From the UHGV virus genome UHGV-1695878: a stretch of DNA of 10,862 nt; one strand, given 5' to 3'. How positions within the stretch are numbered: the first letter of the stretch is position 1; every line of letters begins with the position of its first letter. The notes under the pieces were generated by a model. The model saw only the letters and a list, made by a program, of their open reading frames with translations. It did not search any database and was not told the origin of the DNA. The position numbers and the translations under genes are program-made. Positions 6,936 through 10,862 of the stretch are shown in pieces. Source of the DNA: a virus.

Positions 6936-7619
6936 TTAAACGTATTTCATGCGTGATTTAATGTGCTTGTTGATATGTTCAAGCATCATTACTTCGTTGC
7001 TTTCCCACGATCCTAGCGTCGAATAACGAGTAGAAATTTTATCCGACTTAACGGCAACAATTCGCTTACTCTGTTTCTGTATGCGTTTCTCTAAGCGACG
7101 TTTTGCCACCGCCGATCCATTCTTAGCGCGTTTGGTTCGGGATTTCTTAGGCTTGTACTTCTTCATGATAAAAGTCCCTTCCTTGTTCTCTACCTTGATG
7201 AAGTTGCCGTTTTCGATGTTACGCATCATCTTACCGCCTTTGATGGCCTTAATGTTCCCGTGGGAGTCTAAGACCTTGCCGTTAGCGATTGGAACTAGCT
7301 TATTGATTTTGCCACCATCGAAATAGTGTTTCAGATAGTCATCCTGACTGCCGATCTTCTTGTCCTTATCCCGTGCGCCCTTGATGAAGATTTGGTGTCT
7401 CGTCCCTGATCGGTTCTTGTAGTTGGTGTTACCTACAGCTTGCTGAGTCCATCGAGTAGGTCTATCAACATTCTTGTTAATCTTCTTCTGGAGTGCTCTG
7501 GAAGCAAAGATCGCCCCTTCCCCTATCGCCTTTTCGAATGTATCGGTTGCCTTTTCAGACCATTGCCGTAACGCTTTCTTAGTCCTTAGAGCGTTTCGTT
7601 TATTGGTACTGGTTGCCAT
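6936..7619 (-). CDS. hypothetical Lys/Arg-rich basic protein, 227 aa
   Basis: SD AGGGGGCTAAC directly upstream; strongly basic tracts (KKYKPKKSRTKRAKNG); no predicted TM segment; function unknown. Confidence 0.65.
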   Translation of the reverse strand: MATSTNKRNALRTKKALRQWSEKATDTFEKAIGEGAIFASRALQKKINKNVDRPTRWTQQAVGNTNYKNRSGTRHQIFIKGARDKDKKIGSQDDYLKHYFDGGKINKLVPIANGKVLDSHGNIKAIKGGKMMRNIENGNFIKVENKEGTFIMKKYKPKKSRTKRAKNGSAVAKRRLEKRIQKQSKRIVAVKSDKISTRYSTLGSWESNEVMMLEHINKHIKSRMKYV

Positions 7620-7620
7620 G

Positions 7621-7791
7621 TTAGCCCCCTAATAACGAAAAGACCCCCGCCAGTGTCCTTAGCAATTGTTCATCCACGGTCATAGCCGGGAGTTCAAGCC
7701 CAAAGGACGTTAGCAGAGGTCTAATAGCTACGTTATAAGTGAGGGCGACAATCAAGAGATAACCAAAATATTTCTTAAGTTTATTCTTCAT
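7621..7791 (-). CDS. putative small membrane protein, 56 aa
   Basis: Not in the ORF track. ATG at 7791..7789 with SD AAGGGGTG (7-nt spacer); stop TAA at 7621..7623, 1 nt before the next gene start; MKNKLKKYFGYLLIVALTYNVAIRPLL... with one predicted TM helix. Confidence 0.4.
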   Translation of the reverse strand: MKNKLKKYFGYLLIVALTYNVAIRPLLTSFGLELPAMTVDEQLLRTLAGVFSLLGG

Positions 7792-7809
7792 ATATTCACC
7801 CCTTTATTA

Positions 7810-8088
7810 TTATTTTTGTTTGAGTATGTCGAGAACTTGGTCAAATTTGGCGTCCATCGCAACCACTTTTTTCTCTATGCCGTGTAGTGTTTGTTCCATT
7901 TGGTAAACACGTTCAGCAATCTTAGTATGGTTATTCTGCATCGTCTCAAACTTCTGGTTTAACAATGCGTCGCTGGATTCCAATTTAGATAACCTATTTT
8001 CAGTTGCTAATTGATTTCGGTGAAGTCTCCAAAGACCACCACAAATTAAGGCGATAACACCGATACCGCCATATATAATTTCAGTCAT
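7810..8088 (-). CDS. membrane-anchored coiled-coil protein, 92 aa
   Basis: SD GGGGG upstream; N-terminal hydrophobic segment IIYGGIGVIALICGGLW followed by coiled-coil-like sequence; first gene of the leftward operon. Architecture resembles spanin/Rz-like or immunity-type proteins, but no homology is claimed. Confidence 0.6.
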   Translation of the reverse strand: MTEIIYGGIGVIALICGGLWRLHRNQLATENRLSKLESSDALLNQKFETMQNNHTKIAERVYQMEQTLHGIEKKVVAMDAKFDQVLDILKQK

Positions 8089-8138
8089 TACGCCCCCGAT
8101 ATTTTATAATTTAATGGCAGAATTATTTAGATAAAAAT

Positions 8139-8172
8139 AATCCCGCCTAACTCAAAAGAATTAAGCGGGATT
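8139..8172 (-). terminator. rho-independent terminator downstream of the J-like gene
   Basis: Read on the minus strand: AATCCCGC...GCGGGATT stem followed by TTATTTTTAT, just 3' of the J-like stop codon (8191..8193). Confidence 0.5.
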
Positions 8173-8190
8173 AATTATTAAAATTAAATT

Positions 8191-10719
8191 TTAAGAAATA
8201 GAAATGCCAGTTGAGGCTTTCTTAGTTACAAGCACAGTCAAATCACTGATATATCCAATTGGGTTATAGTTGTTAACACCATCGCAAGAAACTTCAAACG
8301 TTAGCGTTACCGCCCCCTGTCCGGCTGGCATATCAATTACCCCACTGTACATACACCCACTGGTAGCGGTGCGGTCATATAGAACAGAGCCATTTTTCTT
8401 AACGATCAAACGGCATGTATCCCAAAGATCGTTATGTTCATAGCTGCGCATTGACCCATTGTGATGGATAGCTGGAATAATGATTTGTCGGTTAAATTTA
8501 TGGTCATCTTCAATACGCACTGTCAAAGTGCCGTTAGGCCAGTTGGCGTTTTTGTGCGGGAATCGCTTACCAACCGCTTTCACGAAGTCACCCCTAACCT
8601 GAGTAGCATCAAGCATACCCTTAATATCACAGCTAGAGTTAATCGTGACGTTGTTCAGAGTACCAGAATCAGCGGTAATATTTCCCCTGATCGTTGCGTT
8701 CATGAACGTAGCAGAGCCATTCTTGTTAATATGCCATCCGGTAGATCCGTTCCAGTTGGAAGACTGGATATAGTTACCGATTTTAGCATTATCAATTGCA
8801 CCATTTACAATCTTGGCATTGGTGATCGCGCCGTCCTGAATCTTCGCAGTATTGATCGCAGCATTGCCGATTTTAGCATTAGTGATAGCCGCATCATTAA
8901 TCTGGGCTGTCCCAATCGAGGCATTACGGATCATTGACCAGTCCATGTACACCTTGTTCCCTTCGACACCGAACGGAACAACACCCGCCGCGCCATCCTG
9001 CGGAGCTACCGCCAGTTTATCAGCCGTAAAGATGATTCTGGTTGGTTTAGCCGGATCATTGGTTGCGCTCATGTGAATACCAGCCACACGACCATCTGCA
9101 TTAACAGAAAGGTTGTATTTGCTGTTAATCGTCCCTGTCAGCTTATCGATCTTCGCTTCCGCTTCCTGGTTAACACCAGCGATCTTACCGTCCATTTCTA
9201 CCCGAACTTGTTCGATCTTAGTCGCGCTCGCTTGTTCGCTGGTAGCGATTACCTTTTTCAAATCGGTAACGGCTGCATCAACTTTCTTAGTAACGGTTCC
9301 GTTAGTTTCCGTTGTGATAGTCTTATGAAGTCGATCTAATTTGATGTCGGCATTCTCGCCAGCTTGAGCGATAGCATCAGCGATAGTTTCATCTAAGCGG
9401 TCTTGCAATCCGATCAAGTCCTCTAATGCTTCTTTGTCCTGATCGTCCCAGGTAATCGTAGATTTCATTTTCATGAAATACGGTTCAGACCAGACAGCAT
9501 CATCAGTACCGAAAATATCGTAGTGTGCCGCACGAAGATAATAATCACCGTCCGCAATATCAAAGGATGTATGACTAACGCTATTCGTGCTTACTGCCCG
9601 TGCATTAGAAAAATCCTGATTAGTTGCATACTGGATGATTGTACCCGCGTAATCTGACTCTAAAACATCACCATTCCAACTAACGAAAGCGGAGTTAAAG
9701 CCACCACGAGCGTTAAAACCTTTGATTGGTTTATGTTGTGGGTTAATCGCCACTAAACGCGCTGGGGCGCTCTGTGAGTTGTTATAGCCCCTAGCTGATA
9801 CTTCTACCGTCAATTCACGGGAAAGGCCGTTAAACTGGTTCATATCGAGCGTATAAGTCCATGATTCAGGATCGCGGGTACGGTACTGAATAGACTTACC
9901 AGCTTTGTTAGTGATCTTGATAATGTACGCATCAAACAAATCACTGAATTTATTCGTTTCGCCATTCACGACTACATCTAGTTTTTGCTGGTTTTCCCAT
10001 GCAATAGTAAGGTCATTACCTTTGAAGTAGTTCGGCTGGCTGCCAACGTTTTTGATTCGAATAACTGGAGTCGGTAACTCATAGGTAACAGTTGGATTCT
10101 GGTTAATCAGTTCCACCCAATCGGATCGCGCAATAATACCGAAAGCACATACACGATAATCATAAGACCTATCGCTTGCCAGTGCATTGATATTAAAAAT
10201 TTGCTGCGACGTCTGACCAGCTTTAATCCAGTTAGGTGATCCACTCACGCGGTAATCTACCTGGAAGCCATAACGGTTGAAATCTTCCGGTGCATCCCAT
10301 GTTAACGAGATATTTTTACCGTGGATAGTCTCGCCAGTTGCCTTAATTCTAAAGTTAGTCGGCGCTTGTACTGTCATTGAGTCCGGCAGTCCGGTCGGGC
10401 GATCATCTGGGTTTGCTGCATAGTTCAGATCGGTATAAATCTTGGAATTGTATTCCGTGGCGGTGATTGCCAGCATACCAGCGATACCAGAATCAATAGA
10501 ACGTTCAATCGCAGTAATACGCCAAAGGGAATTACTTAATTTTAATTCATCATGCGTAACGCTGATAACGTCCCAGACTTCGGCGGTGAATGCGTCGGTA
10601 GTCATGAAGCTGATAACCTGCGTTATACGTGATTTGTTGCGCTCTATGCTCGCCAGTTTATCAATCTGGGCTTTATCCTTAACAAAGCGATATTCTACGT
10701 CTTTAGCGATGATTCGCCC
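8191..10719 (-). pseudogene. lambda J-like host-specificity (central tail fibre) gene, 5'-truncated by IS1 insertion
   Basis: Frame open from 10734 down to stop at 8191..8193. The C-terminal ~170 aa align by eye with the lambda J receptor-binding domain ([16 protein letters not shown] vs lambda DMPAGRGNVILTFTLTS; [10 protein letters not shown] vs KKQALGISVV; [15 protein letters not shown] vs SNVTIAENCTINGTL); fibronectin-III-like repeats lie upstream. Only 842 codons are present against about 1130 for lambda J. The frame runs into the IS1 inverted repeat at 10720 and terminates inside it (TAA, complement of 10735..10737). The ATG at 10605 used by the ORF track is internal. Confidence 0.8.
8780..8929. 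repeat. five imperfect 30-bp tandem repeats inside the J-like gene
   Basis: Consecutive 30-nt units (gattttagcattatcaattgc.. / aatcttggcattggtgatcgc.. / aatcttcgcagtattgatcgc.. / gattttagcattagtgatagc.. / aatctgggctgtcccaatcga..) encoding 10-aa repeats of the form A-I-x-N-A-K-I-x-N-x. Confidence 0.6.
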
Positions 10720-10862
10720 GGTGATGCTGCCAACTTACTGATTTAGTGTATGATGGTGTTTTTGAGGTGCTCCAGTGGCTTCTGTTTCTATCAGCTGTCC
10801 CTCCTGTTCAGCTACTGAAGGCGTGGTGCGTAACGGTAAAAGTACTGCCGGACATCAGCGCT
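10720..10862 (+). mobile_element. IS1-family insertion sequence, left end (partial; continues beyond the window)
   Basis: GGTGATGCTGCCAACTTACTGATTTAGTGTATGATGGTG from 10720 is the IS1 left inverted repeat; the following sequence matches IS1 with a handful of substitutions. The 9 bp immediately outside (gattcgccc, 10711..10719) would be the target duplication if this is a simple insertion. Confidence 0.85.
10775..10862 (+). CDS. insA: IS1 InsA, 5' part (3' end outside window)
   Basis: GTG 10775; translates [29 protein letters not shown], the InsA N-terminus with its CPSC zinc-finger, a D-to-E variant of the K-12 form as I recall it. Confidence 0.8.
   Translation, partial: MASVSISCPSCSATEGVVRNGKSTAGHQR

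Noticed and set aside
7081-7326. Plus-strand ORF antisense to the 227-aa gene
   Set aside because: Lies within a densely packed, SD-supported minus-strand operon; no SD of its own.
8461-10741. Plus-strand ORFs 8461..8937, 8852..9076, 9073..9339, 9113..9328 and 10442..10741 opposite the J-like gene
   Set aside because: All antisense to the J-like reading frame, which has recognisable homology; the last one spans the J/IS1 junction, which no real gene would.
10720-10862. Resemblance to cloning-vector sequence (pACYC-type plasmids)
   Set aside because: Those vectors carry an IS1 remnant from Tn9; the match is to IS1 itself, and the copy here differs at several positions, so it is a natural IS1 isoform rather than vector contamination.
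1-10862. CRISPR arrays, tRNA or rRNA genes
   Set aside because: No regularly spaced direct repeats of CRISPR type and no cloverleaf or rRNA-like conserved stretches were noticed on either strand.

Overview
This 10.9-kb window is mostly AT-rich, horizontally acquired DNA that reads like the integrase-proximal end of a decayed, mosaic prophage-like element in an enterobacterial (E. coli/Shigella-type) chromosome. All homology statements come from reading the translations and from memory; no database search was possible. Left to right: (1) about 80 bp of GC-richer DNA encoding, on the minus strand, the tail of a PHP-family phosphoesterase (YcdX-like, by recall), probably the interrupted target gene. 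(2) Small moron-like ORFs: an 89-aa protein, two tiny hydrophobic peptides and an 81-aa Sec-secreted protein. (3) A large serine recombinase. (4) A terminator-insulated, divergently transcribed accessory module: a 391-aa Cys-rich T5orf172/GIY-YIG-like protein on one side and, on the other, a 189-aa zinc-ribbon + T5orf172 protein whose stop overlaps (TAATG) the start of a helicase clearly of the T-even UvsW type. (5) A leftward five-gene operon with uniform G-rich Shine-Dalgarno sites, ending in an M15-family zinc peptidase. (6) The 3' 842 codons of a lambda J-like central tail-fibre gene, 5'-truncated by (7) the left end of an IS1 element (inverted repeat plus start of insA). No rRNA, tRNA or CRISPR array was seen. 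The most interesting signal is the T5orf172/UvsW module: a T4-hallmark R-loop/branch-migration helicase carried as cargo in a temperate, serine-integrase element, which I propose as a candidate undescribed inter-phage competition or defence system.
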